DNA from: Phoronis australis
Taxonomy: Eukaryota; Animalia; Phoronida
Reading direction: 5' to 3'
NCBI GenBank assembly: GCA_002633005.1
Contig: NMRA01000162.1
Coordinates: forward strand, 489,632 to 553,631
Length of the DNA: 64,000 nt
Numbering within the stretch: the stretch's first letter is position 1; the number at the start of each line of letters is the position of its first letter. This document shows, in pieces, positions 13,686-27,076 of the stretch. A model generated the notes under the pieces. That model did not search any database. It saw nothing but the letters and a program-made list of their open reading frames with translations, and was not told where the DNA came from. The translations under genes and the position numbers were made by a program.

Positions 13686-14741
13686 GCAAGTTTCAAGTTT
13701 ACATATGGGCACCTTGACAGTTGCGTCTGTTAAGAACAATTCCAATGGCAAAGTGAGGCCGTTTTATGAGTGATTATCTCAAACTGTCACTGAGCTGGGA
13801 CTGAATCCGACCTAATTAAATTAAGTGAAACATTGCAAATTCCTTAAACAAATAAAAATACAAGCTTCGAGAATTAGGCAGGCATAAATTATTTTATATC
13901 ACTGAAATGGAAACCAAGTACCCTACCATTTAGAGAGTGACCTCAAACGTCCATCAGTAGGAGGCTTCCATAAAGATGTCACCTTTTCATAACAGTTTCA
14001 GACAAAGCTGCTCCCTATTGTAGGGGTAACTATGAGATTAAACCTAACCCTTTCTCAGGGATTCTTAAACAACTGTCTCTTTAGCCAAAGAAATGGAGAA
14101 GTAACATTTTTATAAAATTTGGTGTGGAATGAAATGGACAGATGCATCATTTCTGGAATCTTGTCCAAAAGGTATGTTTTCTATAGGAGCTGGTCTTGAG
14201 AAAGTCTTCCATTTGAGCGATAATTGGAGTACCCCGTGAGTATGCACGTTTTATAATTCTTAAGAAGACCGATCGCCCATTTGAGCGGTAGTGGGAGTAC
14301 TCCCTTGGGTATAGTATGACATTCGAGTTTGTGCCTTCTATCCTGTCACTATAAATTAAACTGGCCCCACAGTTACCTTAGCATTGTTAGTACTTCATTT
14401 TGGATATCAACTTTTTCAGTTTGAGCTTCGTTCATATTTGTGTAGCACTGACGTATAGGCCATGGAGTGGTAAACAACTTCATTCAACTTCGTTAAAATT
14501 TGACCCCTGTGTAGCCACCTTACAAAGTCACCCTACAGTCCTAGTCACAAACGTTTTAACCCTTTGATTTAATAATTAAAAGAAGTTAAAGGGAACCATG
14601 CAGTACCTATTCCACAACCAATATACAATCAGTAGTCGATGACAGTTTAAATAAACTGGCCACTCATGATTCCGACCCGATGAAAACACCGCCATTTTCA
14701 AATAAACTCAAAACTGGAAGTGCAGTTCATCCAGGAACCCG

Positions 14742-14884
14742 GGCGTACGTTCAGTAAAACCTACGCTATGACCTAGCTGATTAAGTCACCTGTTCTCATT
14801 AAAATATACAGCAATATATCGCGTAATCACGCCAAGTCTTGCTTTTTAGGGAAGTCCTAGCGATATTGAACGGGAGGCAGGCTA
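14742..14884 (-). mobile_element. MITE family B copy (intron 2 of the prokineticin-like gene)
   Basis: Reverse-oriented match ending GAACGGGAGGCAGGCTA. Confidence 0.65.
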
Positions 14885-14892
14885 CCCTCCGA

Positions 14893-14968
14893 GACTCGCT
14901 GGTTCCCTGCGTGCCTAGCCAGCATGCTGACTACTGACCACCTAGCGGCACGCAAGGAACCAGCGAGA
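14893..14968. repeat. Short fold-back element (partial second copy at about 57548-57592)
   Basis: CTCGCTGGTTCCCTGCGTGCC ... GGCACGCAAGGAACCAGCGAG is an imperfect inverted repeat. Confidence 0.6.
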
Positions 14969-15922
14969 CCTCTGACACAGCGCCATCTATACTGATAAGT
15001 GGCCCTGTGAAAATATGATGAACGACGGAATTCCGTGTGTAGGCATGATGCAGTTATTCAAGTCAAAAGCAGTCGCCAACAGTAAAGTGGCAGGGTTTTC
15101 CCAGATTTCAACCAGTGAGAATGACTGAATATTTTGACGTCGGTTTCATTATCTGCACACCAGAAGAAAAGAGACTGTTCCGAAATTACGAACGTACCAG
15201 TATCAAGCTCGCTAACAAAAAGTCTAGGCGTGTCTTAACGAAGTTTGTGTAAACGAAGGGCTACTACCGAACTATACTTATATTTATAAGGGACAAAAGG
15301 TCAATTGCCCAATATCGCCGCTCCGAGAGAGGACCGAGTCAAACAGGAGTCCCCTTAGTATCATTATAAAAACTAGAGAAGAGAGTGAATGATCGATGAC
15401 CCACGAAGAGACGATCTACCTCAAAATAAAACGGTTTAAGTTTTACAAAACTAGGAAAAGGACATTAAATGAGAGAGAAATTAATATCTAAATAAAATAC
15501 AGGCAAAATATGGACATGGGTCAACAGGTTTCCTTCAAGAATTTGTACCCTTTTAAGTATAAAGGGATACATCATTTCAAAAACAGAAAATGATAAAAAA
15601 TTAATAATGTCAGCGCTTGTATCGTAAGGCACCCAATCGATGAAAAGTAACGTCATACAATCCCAAAAGAGACGGAAAAATAGCGACAGATGAAGCGTAA
15701 TTCCTTGAGAGATAGGGGCCCTAAAATGGCAGGTCTTGATTCCCCAAAAACTGTCTTCTTGGATTTAAACATTTGAAATAATTTTCTATGGATATCTGTA
15801 CATAACAGATTTCCTTGGACTTTGTTGAGGCATGCATGTTTCATAGTACGTTTTCAAGGGTATTTAGACGATATACACTTTACTACACTGTATGCTTTTA
15901 ATGTACACTTCCTGTTTTTTAG

Positions 15923-16148
15923 TGAAGGTCAACGATGCTATTTGAACAGACCCCTTAACTCAGATGGCTTCCCTTATAAATGCGGATGTCAAGACGGTCT
16001 TGAGTGCATTGAAGCTTATGAAGGTAAATTTAAGAGAGCACGGTGCCGTCAGCCAGCTGGACAGGAAGATGTCAAGGAGGCCGAACGACGCGACTACCTT
16101 GAAAGCGTAGCCGAAGCTCTGAAAGAGTATTTGGATGAAGAGAAATGA
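15923..16148 (+). CDS. Prokineticin/astakine-like protein, exon 3 (SEGQRC...CGCQDGLEC...RC plus acidic tail, stop)
   Basis: TTTTTTAG acceptor with phase 2 matching exon 2. Completes the 10-Cys pattern (C-x14-CxC-x5-C-x12-C) and ends at TGA 16146-16148. Confidence 0.85.
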
Positions 16149-16600
16149 GACATGTATTTGGCAATAACATGTAAATGTATCATTTAAATGCGTTTCAAAT
16201 ATATCGTATTCGGACTACTTGCACGCTTGATAATATCTTTTTTAGATTTCAGTTTTTGTATTCTATCCTGGCACTTCAAAAGGATTCGTTTTGATTTACC
16301 AGAATTCCCGTGAGCAGCTTCAGTCACAAGACATGTATCTTGTTAAAAATCTTCTAAAACAGAATACTGTATTTCTAAATTCCACGTTCACTTGTGGGAT
16401 CCACGAATGCTCGTGGTTAGTGTGGTTGAATTGTTTCTCTGTAGTTCTCTCATCTAATCTACCTGCTCAGAGTATGCAATCGCTGCGCAACAAACAACAA
16501 ACATAATTTCCAGGCGAATTCGCGTATATCATAGAACCCGCCTAACCATAGAATGCCAACTCCGATCTCGCGGCCGTTGAGGGTGCGCCGTGCGTGAGAG

Positions 16601-19600
16601 TTGTTATTCTGCGCGTGTAAGCGCAGAGTACTGTTGTTCCTGGATTTTCTTCAATTTATTGTTATTACTCTGCGCGTGAAAGCGCAGAGTACTGTTGTTC
16701 TGGGTTTTCTTCAATTTTATTACTCTGCGCGTGTAAGCGCAGAGTACTGTTGTTCCTGGGTTTTCTTCAATTTTATTACTCTGCGCGTGTAAGCGCAGAG
16801 TACTGTTGATCCGGGGTTTTCTTCAATTTTATTACTCTGCGCGTGTAAGCGCAGAGTACTGTTGTTCCTGGGTTTTCTTCAATTTTATTCTTATTCTTAT
16901 TCTTATTCTTCTTCTTATTCTTCTTCCGACCAACTTTGGGGCTTAATAACTCCAAAATGGGTGCAGGTACGGACTTTAAATTCAGCATATACCTTTTGAC
17001 AGTATATTAATTTTGATTGGTTAGATAATCATATTCCATATTGCACCGGAAGAGGTCGTTTGGTGCAAAGATCATATAATTTTCAAAATGCTACTTCTCC
17101 TTCAGTTTTAAAGTTATCTTTTTCAAATTCGGTGCACAGGTATAAGTCAACATGACAATTTAAAAAATTACTTTTCTAAGTAATCGGGTCATCCAATCAG
17201 GTGAAATAGGTCAAAGGTCATTAGGTGCAAACTAAAATTTTGAGCTAGACACTTCAAATTAACAGGTCTGATTGGCCCAGAAAATTCAATCCGGAATCCA
17301 AAGTTTCAGATCATTTAGTGCAAACATGGGGTCATTAGGTGCATTTTTCTTCTGAAAGTTTGACCTTTTCATTCAGCAAGTATTCTGATGTGTCAAGCGT
17401 CAGACAACTGTGATTCTCAGCATTAAACATATTTTTCATAGGCTTTGCATTAATTTTCCTAAAGATGCTTATAATGCACCGGATAGGGTCAGTTAGTGCA
17501 AAGGTCATGTAACGTTCAAAATGTTATATCTTACGTTTTTCAAGGAATTCTTTTCAATTTCAGCACACTTGGCTATGTCAACATGCCAATTGAATACCCT
17601 ACTTTACTTCGCAATAGGCCTAACCAATCAGAAAAAATAGGTCAAAGGTCATTGAGTGCAAACTAAAATTTTGAGCTAGAGACTTCAAAAGTACATAGCT
17701 GTCTACTAAGCGCGATTGAGTTTGAATTCTAAATTTCCAGGTCATTTGGTGCACCCATGGGGTCATTAGGTGCATTTTTCTTCAGAAAGTTTGACCAATT
17801 CATTCATCTTGTTTTCTGAAGTGCTTAAAGTAAAACATCTGTGATTTTTAGCATTAACTACAATTTTAATCGAGTTAACATTTACTCTGTCATAGGCGCT
17901 CATAATGCACCGGAAGAGGTCAATTAGTGGAAAGGTCATCAAAAAATTAATGCGTAATTTCTCCTACAGTTTTAAAGAATTCATTTTCATATTGGTACAT
18001 GGGTTGCTGTCAGTAACTTTCCATAATAATTCGAGTAATACGCACGCGCAGAGTCCGTTATTGTCACGCCGTGACAATAATCTTTCTAGTTCTTCTTATT
18101 CTTCTTCTTTTTCTTCTTCCGACCAACTTTGAGGCTTAATAACTCCAAATTGGTTGCAAGTACGGTCTTCAAATTCAGCATATGACCTTTGACAGTACAT
18201 AAATTTTGATTCGTTATATAATCATATTCCATATTGCACCGGTAGAGGTCGTCTGGTGCAAAGGTCATATAATTTTCAAAATGCTACTCCTCCTTCAGTT
18301 TTAAAGCTATCTTTTTCAAATTCGGTGCACAGGTATAATTCAATATGGCAATTTAAAAAATTACTTTTCTAAGTAATCGGGTCATCCAATCAGGTGAAAT
18401 AGGTCAAAGGTCATTAGGTGCAAACTAAAATTTTGAGCTAGACACTTCAAATTGACAGGTCTGATTGCCACAGGTAAACGAAATCAGAATCCAAAATTTC
18501 AGGTCATTTAGTGCAAACATGGGGTCAATAGGTGCATTTTACTTCTGAAAATTTGACCTTTTCAATCAGCAAGTTTTCTGATATGTTAACCGTTAGACAA
18601 CTGTGATTCTCAGCGTTAAACACATTTTCCATGGGCTTTGCAATAATTCTCCGAAGGATGCTTAAAATGCACCGGATAAGGTCAATTAGTGCAAAGGTCA
18701 TGTAATGTTCAAAATGTTATGTCTCTTACGTTTTTCAAGGAATTCTTTTCAATTTCAACACACCGGTATAAGTCAACATGACATTTTAAAAAATTACTTT
18801 TCTAAGCAATTGGGTCATCCTATCAGGTTAAACAGGTCAAAGGTTATTAGGTGCAAACTAAAATTTTGAGCTAGACACTTCAAATTCACAGTTCTGATTG
18901 GCACAGACAAGTCAATTTGGAATCCAAAGTTTCAGGTCATTTAGTGCAAACATGGGGTCATTAGGTGCATTTTTCTTCTGAAAATTTGACCTTTTCATTC
19001 TCCAAGTACACTGATGTGTCAACCGTTAGACACCTGTGATTCTCAGCTTTAAACACATTTTTCATGGGCTTTGCAATAATTCTCCAAAAGACGCTTATAA
19101 TGCACCGGATAGGGTCAATTAGTGCAAAGGTCAGTTAACGTTCAAAATGTTAAATCTCTTAGGTTTTTCAAGGAATTCTTTTCAATTTCAGCACACAGGT
19201 ATCAGTCAACATGACAATTTAAAAAGTTACTTTTCTAAGCAATTGGGTCATCCAATCAGGTTAAACAGGTCAAAGGTCATTAGGTGCAAACTAAAATTTT
19301 GAGCTAGACACTTCAAATTCACAGTTCTGATTGTCACAGATAATTAAATTTGGAATCCAAAGTTTCAGTTCATTTAGTGCAAACATGGGGTCAATAGGTG
19401 CATTTTTCTTCTGAAAATTTGATCTTCTCATTCTCCAAGTACACTGATGTGTCAACCGTTAGACAACTGTGATTCTCAGCATTAAACACATTTTTCATGG
19501 GCGTTGTAATAATTCTCTTAAAGACGCTTATAATGCACCGGATAGGGTCAATTAGTGCAAAGGTCAGTTAACGTTCAAAATGTTACATCTCTTACGTTTT

Positions 19601-22600
19601 TCAAGGAATTCTTTTCAATTTCAGCACACTAGTGTATGTCAACATGCCAATTGAACAACCTACTTAACTACGTAATAGGCCTAACCAATCAGAAAAAAAT
19701 AGGTCAAAGGTCATTGAGTGCAAAATTAAAATTTTGAGCTAGAGACTTCAAAATTTCATATCTGTTTACTAAAGTGAATGAGTTTGAATTCTAAATTTTT
19801 GGGTCATTTGGTGTATCCATGGGGTCATTACGTGCATTTTTCTTCTGAAAGTTTGACCAATTCATTCATGTTGTATGCTGAAATGCTTAAAGCAAAACAT
19901 CTGTGATTCTTAGCATTAACTATGCTTTAAATTGGTTGTACAATTATTCCCTCACTGGGGTTCATAATGCACCGGAAGAGGTCAGTTAGCGGAAAGGTCA
20001 TCAAAACATTAACATGTTATTACTCTGCGCGTGTAAGCGCAGAATACTGTTGTTCCTGGGTTTTCTTCAATTTTATTCTTCTTCTTATTCTTCTTCCGAC
20101 CAACTTTGAGGCTTAATAACTCCAAATTGGGTGCAGGTACGGACTTTAAATTCAGCATATACCTTTTGACAGTATATTAATTTTGATTGGTTAGATAATC
20201 ATATTCCATATTGCACCGGAAGAGGTCGTTTGGTGCAAAGATCATATAATTTTCAAAATGCTACTTCTCCTTCAGTTTTAAAGTTATCTTTTTCAAATTC
20301 GGTGCACAGGTATAAGTCAACATGACAATTTAAAAAATTACTTTTCTAAGTAATCGGGTCATCCAATCAGGTGAAATAGGTCAAAGGTCATTAGGTGTAA
20401 ACTAAAATTTTGAGCTAGACACTTCAAATTCACGGTTTTGATTGGCACACATAATTCAATTTGAAATCCAAAGTTTCAGGTCATTTAGTGCAAACATGGG
20501 GTCATTAGGTGCATTTTTCTTCTGAAAATTTGACCTTTTCATTCTCCAAGTACACTGATGTGTCAACCGTTAGACAACTGTGATTCTCAGCATTAAATAC
20601 ATTTTTCATGGGCTTTGCAATAATTCTCCTAAAGACGCTTATAATGCACCGGTTAGGGTCAATTAGTGCAAAGGTCATTTAACGTTCAAAATGTTACATC
20701 TCTTACGTTTTTCAAGGAATTCTTTTCAATTTCAGCACAGTAGTGTATGTCAACATGCAAAATGAACAACCTACTTAACTACGCAATAGGCCTAACCAAT
20801 CAGAAAAAATAGGTCAAAGGTCACTGAGTGCAAAATTAAAATTTTGAGCTAGAGACTTCAAAATTACATATTTGTTTACTAATCGCGATTGAGTTTGAAT
20901 TCTAAATTTTTGGGTCATTTGGTGCATCCATGGGGTCATTAGGTGCATTTTTCTTCTGAAAGTTTGACCAATTCATTCATGTTGTATTCTTAAGTGCTTA
21001 AAGCAATACATCTGTGATTCTTAGCACTAACTATACTTTAAATGGGTTGTACAAATATTCCCTCACTGGGGTTCATAATGCACCGGAAGAGGTCAGTTAG
21101 TGGAAAGGTCATCAAAACATTAGCATGTAATTACTCCTACAATTTTAAAGAATTTCTTTTCATAATTTGGTAAACGGGGTTGCTGTCAGTAACTTCCCAT
21201 AACAATTCCTTTAATACGCACGCGCNTATAATTTTCAAAATGCTACTCCTCCTTCAGTTTTAAAGTTATCTTTTTCAAATTCGGTGCACAGGTATAAGTC
21301 AACATGACAATTTAAAAAATTACTTTTCTAAGTAATCGGGTCATCCAATCAGGTGAAATAGGTCAAAGGTCATTAGGTACAAACTAAAATTTTGAGCTAG
21401 ACACTTCAAATTGACAGGTCTGATTGCCACAGGTAAACCAAATTGGAATCTAAAGTTTCAGGTCATTTAGTGCAAACATGGGGTCATTAGGTGCATTTTT
21501 TTCTGAAAATTTGACCTTTTCAATCAGCAAGTATTCTGATGTGTCAACCGTTAGACAACTGTGATTCTCAGCATTAAACACATTTTTGGTGGGCTTTGCA
21601 ATAATTCTCCTCAAGACGCTTATAATGCACCGGATAGGGTCAATTAGTGCAAAGGTCATGTAACGTTCAAAATGTTATATCTCTTAGGTTTTTCAAGGAA
21701 TTCTTTTCAATTTCAGCATACTGGTGTAAGTCAACATGCCAATTTAAAAAACTACTTTTCTAAGTAATCGGGTCATCCAATCAGGTGAAATAGGTCAAAG
21801 GTCATTAGGTGCAAACTAAAATTTTAAGCTAGACACTTCAAATTGACAGGACTGATTGCCACAGGTAAATCAAATCGGAATCCAAACTTTCAGGTCATTT
21901 AGTGCAAACATTGGGTCATTAGGTGCATTTTTCTTCTGAAAATTTGACCTTTTCAATCAGCAAGTTTCTGATGTGTCAACCCTTAGACAAGTGTGATTCT
22001 CAGCGTTAAACACATTTCCCATGGGCTTTGCAATAATTCTCCTAATGATGCTTAAAATGCACCGGATAAGGTCAATTAGTGCAAAGGTCATGTAACGTTC
22101 AAAATGTTATATCTCTCACGTTTTTCAAGGAATTCTTTTCAATTTCAGCACACTGGTGTAAGTCAACATGCCAATTGAATACCCAACTTTACTTCGCAAT
22201 AGGCCTAACCAATCAGAAAAAATAGGCTGAAGGTCATTGAGTGCAAACTAAAATTTTCAGCTAGACTTCAGAATTATGAATCTGTTTACTAAGTGCGATT
22301 GAGTTTGAATTCTAAATTTTCAGGTCATTTGGTGCATTTTTCTTCTGAAAGTTTGACCACTTCATTCATCTTGTATTCTGAAGTGCTTAAAGTAAAACAT
22401 CTGTGATTATTAACATGAACCACACTTTTAATCCAATTAACAATTACTCCCTCATCGGGGCTCATATTGCACCGGAAGAGGTCAATTAGTGGAAAGGTCA
22501 TCAAAAATTAATATGTAATTTCTCCTACAATTTTAAAGAATTCCTTTTCATATTGGTAAACGGGTTGCTGTCAGTAACTTCCCATAATTATTCCAGTAAC

Positions 22601-22652
22601 ACGCACGCGCAGAGTCCGTTATTGTCACGCCGTGACAATAATCTTTCTAGTT
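16601..22652 (+). mobile_element. Nested/tandem array of a Helentron-associated (HINE/DINE-1-like) non-autonomous element with internal ~433-bp satellite subunits
   Basis: 5' hairpin TACTCTGCGC-GTGTAA-GCGCAGAGTA, then a (TTC/TTA)n microsatellite and subunits (GCACCGGA anchors at about 17043, 17476, 17907...). The 3' end has subTIR CACGCGCAGAGT, hairpin TTATTGTCAC-GCC-GTGACAATAA and CTAGTT (at 18091 and 22652). Confidence 0.85.
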
Positions 22653-24720
22653 TCAATTGCTATGGAATCTACTGTCATTAAAACTTTTCGCAACTCCGTC
22701 GTTTTTCAACCGATTTGCATAAGAGCCATATCATTAATAAACCCTTTGTCAGTTCTTGATTTTTATGCCAGAAGCAAAAGATAAAGAATTTAATAATTCA
22801 TAAGTAATCATTTCGCATTCCTGACTGGTTTAAAAATAGTTTTTAATTCTAAAAACCAAGAGTGATTACATCAAATTGCGGAAAACAACAGCGATCTGTT
22901 ATATAAAATACATATGTAGTTCCCACGAATTCCGTATCCCCGCACCACTACTGACCTTCGCGGCAGCCGTTTCGTCATTGCTATTGTCCCAGGTACATGT
23001 AGTTCTCCGGGCCTCTAGTTAGATTCGGAATCTTCTACTTTTTTCTCGCGGGCATTTTTCGCGGACACAAAAGGGGGGTGGCCTGTTTCATACTGACCTT
23101 GATGACATCAATCCGTCGGCTTAATTGCACTCCCTCCGGCTTCCGTCGCATACATGTATATACTCATTCGTTCTTGTCGCTGCCAAAATTAATGGTGTCA
23201 TTAAAAACTAAACCGTTCATTGAGTAAACTAAATTATTTACAATGTATCAATGTTGGAAAAATTGGCGCTCTACCGTAATTCTGCTGCTTAACTAAATTG
23301 TGGTGCGCTATTTTGGGTGGGGTTTCGGCGCCATTAACGCCAGAAACGCCTTCAGCTGATTTTCCCATGTTTAAACTTACAGCCGCATCAACTGATTTTT
23401 TGCTTAAGTGTTTGTATAAATTTAGTATCGTACAAATCACTTCATAATCATAAGCATAAGTACTAATCAAGAAAAATGAATTTGTAAGAATGATTAACAA
23501 TAAATATTGTGTAATTCACACAGCTTTGTTAAAAGGGGAAGGACACATCATTTGCAAAACATGATGGTCAAAAACTTGCTGTCACTATTACAATGGGACA
23601 AGAGTACATTGTATGGCAACTTCTAAACACAATTATGATTATGCAAACTTGGTTCAATACACGACACTTGTTGCTGTTAATTATCGTGATTCCATTCCGT
23701 TCGTATACTCGAAACTAAGCTTGACACTCAACAGATCGAACATCCTTAAAGCAACTGACCAAGACACATGACTAAAAGTAAAACGATATTTTGAAACATA
23801 CATGTTTCATTCTCAAGTGGAAATAAACGATGCAGTAATATTACCACAGAACAAAAGCTATTAAAATACGGAGTGGGACACAGCAGGTGTGAAATACTGT
23901 AAAGACTGACAAACGGAGGGGGTAACAAGAATGTCGCGCAAACAACTGCAACATGACCCTGTTTGCTGCTCATTCAAACTGGCTTCTTGAATGCAATCAA
24001 AAGGGACTCTAATACTTTCAATCGCAGCACATCGCGCTCTACACATCGACTGAGACGTGTTCTCCACAGTTTCATGACGCCGGGTGATACTAATGATTAT
24101 GAAGGTAGGCATGTTCATTAAGACCTAATGTCCATTTCTCTCGAACATTCTCTAAATAAAAAGAATAGGTTGCAAATATCACGAATCCATATTTGTAAAG
24201 TTATATGGAGCTAAGAGTTCTATGTGCAATGTGACTTTTTTGAAAATGAACTCTTCCCCCAGGACAAATAAAAACTGAGCTCATATCAGTATAGCACTGA
24301 GCGTGAATATTCACTTGACACAATAGATTCAGTTCCAATATTGAGTAGTGGAGAGAAAACCTGCGATTGAATTGAAGAAGTCAAAATTTAGAAGGCCCAG
24401 TTAGCACTGTTACTTCCTTTTGGGTTTTGTGACGCCAACAAATATTCACTGTTCGCAAGGAAACTTGCATAGTACATGTTTTATAAACTAAGTTTTTGTA
24501 CTTTATACTCAGTGAAAAGAATGCAGTTTTAAGTGTTATATTTTTGCCTGCAAAAGAAAAACAGGTACATAATAGCATGAAGTAAAACCATCAACGGAAA
24601 CAAAATACCACAAAATTTGAAACCAGAGAACATGAGAGGAAAAGACTCGTGTAGTGAAGGTGTTCTGTCCGCCGTATTTATTAGTGGTTATCAGATATCA
24701 CAGCACACAGAAAATAGACA

Positions 24721-24858
24721 TTTTTCATTTTTTATTTTCCCAGTTCCAATGAGTAACTAAGAGGGGTTTGGGAATCCCCTGTCTTACTTTACAATCGTTA
24801 AGTGAAAATTTGCAACACAAATGTACAGTGGATTTGATTTTTACAATGACAAATAGGA
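24721..24858 (-). mobile_element. 3' tail of an L1/Tx1-related LINE, interrupted by the inverted HINE (probably continues after 27076)
   Basis: Resembles the 3' end of the LINE at 31613-31760 (TTTTTATT.TCCC.GTT...GG...CCC.TG.CTTACTTTACAAT). Confidence 0.5.
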
Positions 24859-27076
24859 AACTAGAAAGATTATTGTCACGGCGTGACAATAATGGACTCT
24901 GCGCGTGTTTATTAAACGAAATGATATGGGAAGTTGCTGACAGCAACCCCTTAACCAATTTGAAAAGGAATTCTTTAAATTTGTAGGAAAAATAACATAT
25001 TAATATTTTCATGACCTTTCCACTAATTGACCTCTTTCGGTGCATTATGGACTCGGATGAGGGAATAATTGTAAACTCGATTAAAAGTGTGGTTAATGCT
25101 AAAAATCACAAATGTTTTACTTTAAGCACTTTAGAATACAACATGAATGATTTAGTCAAACTTTCAGAAGAAAAATGCACCTAATGACTTCATGGGTGCA
25201 CTAAATGACCTGTTAATTTAAAATTCAAACTCAATCACGTTTACTAATCAGATATGTAATTTTGAAGTCTCTAGCTCAAAATTTTAGTTTGCACTCAATG
25301 ACTTTCGACCTATTTCTCTGATTGGTTAGGCCTATTGCATAGTAAAGTAGGACGTTCGATTGGCATGGTGACTTACACCAGTGACCTGAACTTGAGAAAA
25401 GAATTGATTGAAAAATGTAGGGATATAACATTTTAAACGTTAGATGACCTTTGCTCTAATTGATCCTATCCGGTGCATTATAAACGTTTTCAGGAGAATC
25501 ATTGCAAAGCCCATGAAAAGTGTGTTTAATGCTGAGAATCACAGTTGTCTAACGGTTGACACATCAGAATACTTGGTGAATGAAAAGGACAAATTTTCAG
25601 AAGAAAAATGCACCTAATGACCCCATGGTCGCACTAAATGACCTGAAACTTCCTATTTCAAATTGAATAAGACGTACCAATCAGACTTGTGAATTTGAAG
25701 TGTCTAGCTCAAAATTTTAGTTTGCACTCAATGACCTTTGACCAATTTTCTGTGATTGGATGACCCTATTGCTTAGTAAAGTAGGGTGTTTCATTGGCAT
25801 GTAGGTTTACACCAATGTGCTGTAATTGAAGAGAATTCCTTGAAAAATCTAGAAGAAATAAAATTCTCGAAAGTAGACGACCTTTGCACTAATTGACCAT
25901 ATCCAGTGCATTACAAGCCCTTTTAGTAGAACTATTGCAAAGTCCGTGAAAAGTATATTTACTGCCGAGAATCACAGTTGTCTAACGGTTGACACATCTG
26001 AAAAAGGCAAATTTTCAGAAGAAAAATGCACCTAATGATCCCGTGGTTGCACTAAATGACCAGAAACTTCGTATTTCAAATTGAATTAGACGTACCAATC
26101 ACACTTGTGAATTTGAAGTGTCTAGCTGAAAATTTTAGTTTGCACTCAATGACCTTTGACCTATTTTTTCTGATTGGTTAGGCCTATTGCGTAGTAAAGT
26201 ATGTTGTTCAATTGACATGTTGACTTACCTCAGTGTGCTGAAATTGAAAAGAATTTCTTGAAAAACGTGAGATATTACATTTTGAACGTTAGATGACCTT
26301 TGCACTAATTGACACTATCCGGCGCAGTATCAGCGTCTTGAGAAGAATTAATGGCATGCCCATGAAAAATTTGTTTAATGCTGATAATCACAGTTGTCTA
26401 ACAGTTGACACATCAGAATACTTGGTGAATGAAAAGGTCAAATTTTCAGAAGAAAAATGCACCTAATGACATGAAACTTTGGATTCCGAATTGAATTACC
26501 AGTGCCAATCAGATCTGTGAATTTGAGGTGTCTAGCTCAAAATCTTAGTTTGCACCTAATGACCTTTGACCTGTTTAACCTGTTTGGATGTCCCGATTAC
26601 TTAGAAAAGTAAATTTTTAAATTGCCTTATTGACTTATACCTGTGTACCGAATTTGAAAGCAATAGCTTTTCAAATAAAGAAGAAGTAGCAGTTTAAAAA
26701 TTATATGAAATTTGCACTAAATGACCTCTCCCGGTGCAATATGTAATATGATTATATAACAAATGAAAATTTATGTACTGTCAAAAGTCATATGCTGAAT
26801 TTAAAGACTGTACCTGCACCCAATTAGGAGTTATTAAGCCTCAAAGTTGGTCAGAAGAAGAAGAATAAGAATAAGAAGAATAAAATTGAAGAAAACCCAG
26901 GAACAACAGTACTCTGCGCTTACACGCGCAGAGTAATAAGAAGAATAAGAATAAGAATAAGAAGAATAAAATTGAAGAAAACCCAGGAACAACAGTACTC
27001 TGCGCTTACACGCGCAGAGTAATAAAATTGAAGAAAACCCAGAAACAGTACTCTGAGCTTGCACGCGCAGAGTAAA
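24859..27076 (-). mobile_element. Inverted copy of the same HINE
   Basis: Reverse complement of the 3' end (AACTAGAAAGATTATTGTCACGGCGTGACAATAA) at 24859, satellite subunits, a microsatellite, and three 5' heads at about 26880-27076. Confidence 0.85.

Noticed and set aside
16601-16885. Palindromic repeats spaced ~57 bp apart, resembling a CRISPR array
   Set aside because: The 'spacers' are near-identical to each other. These are tandem HINE 5' ends.
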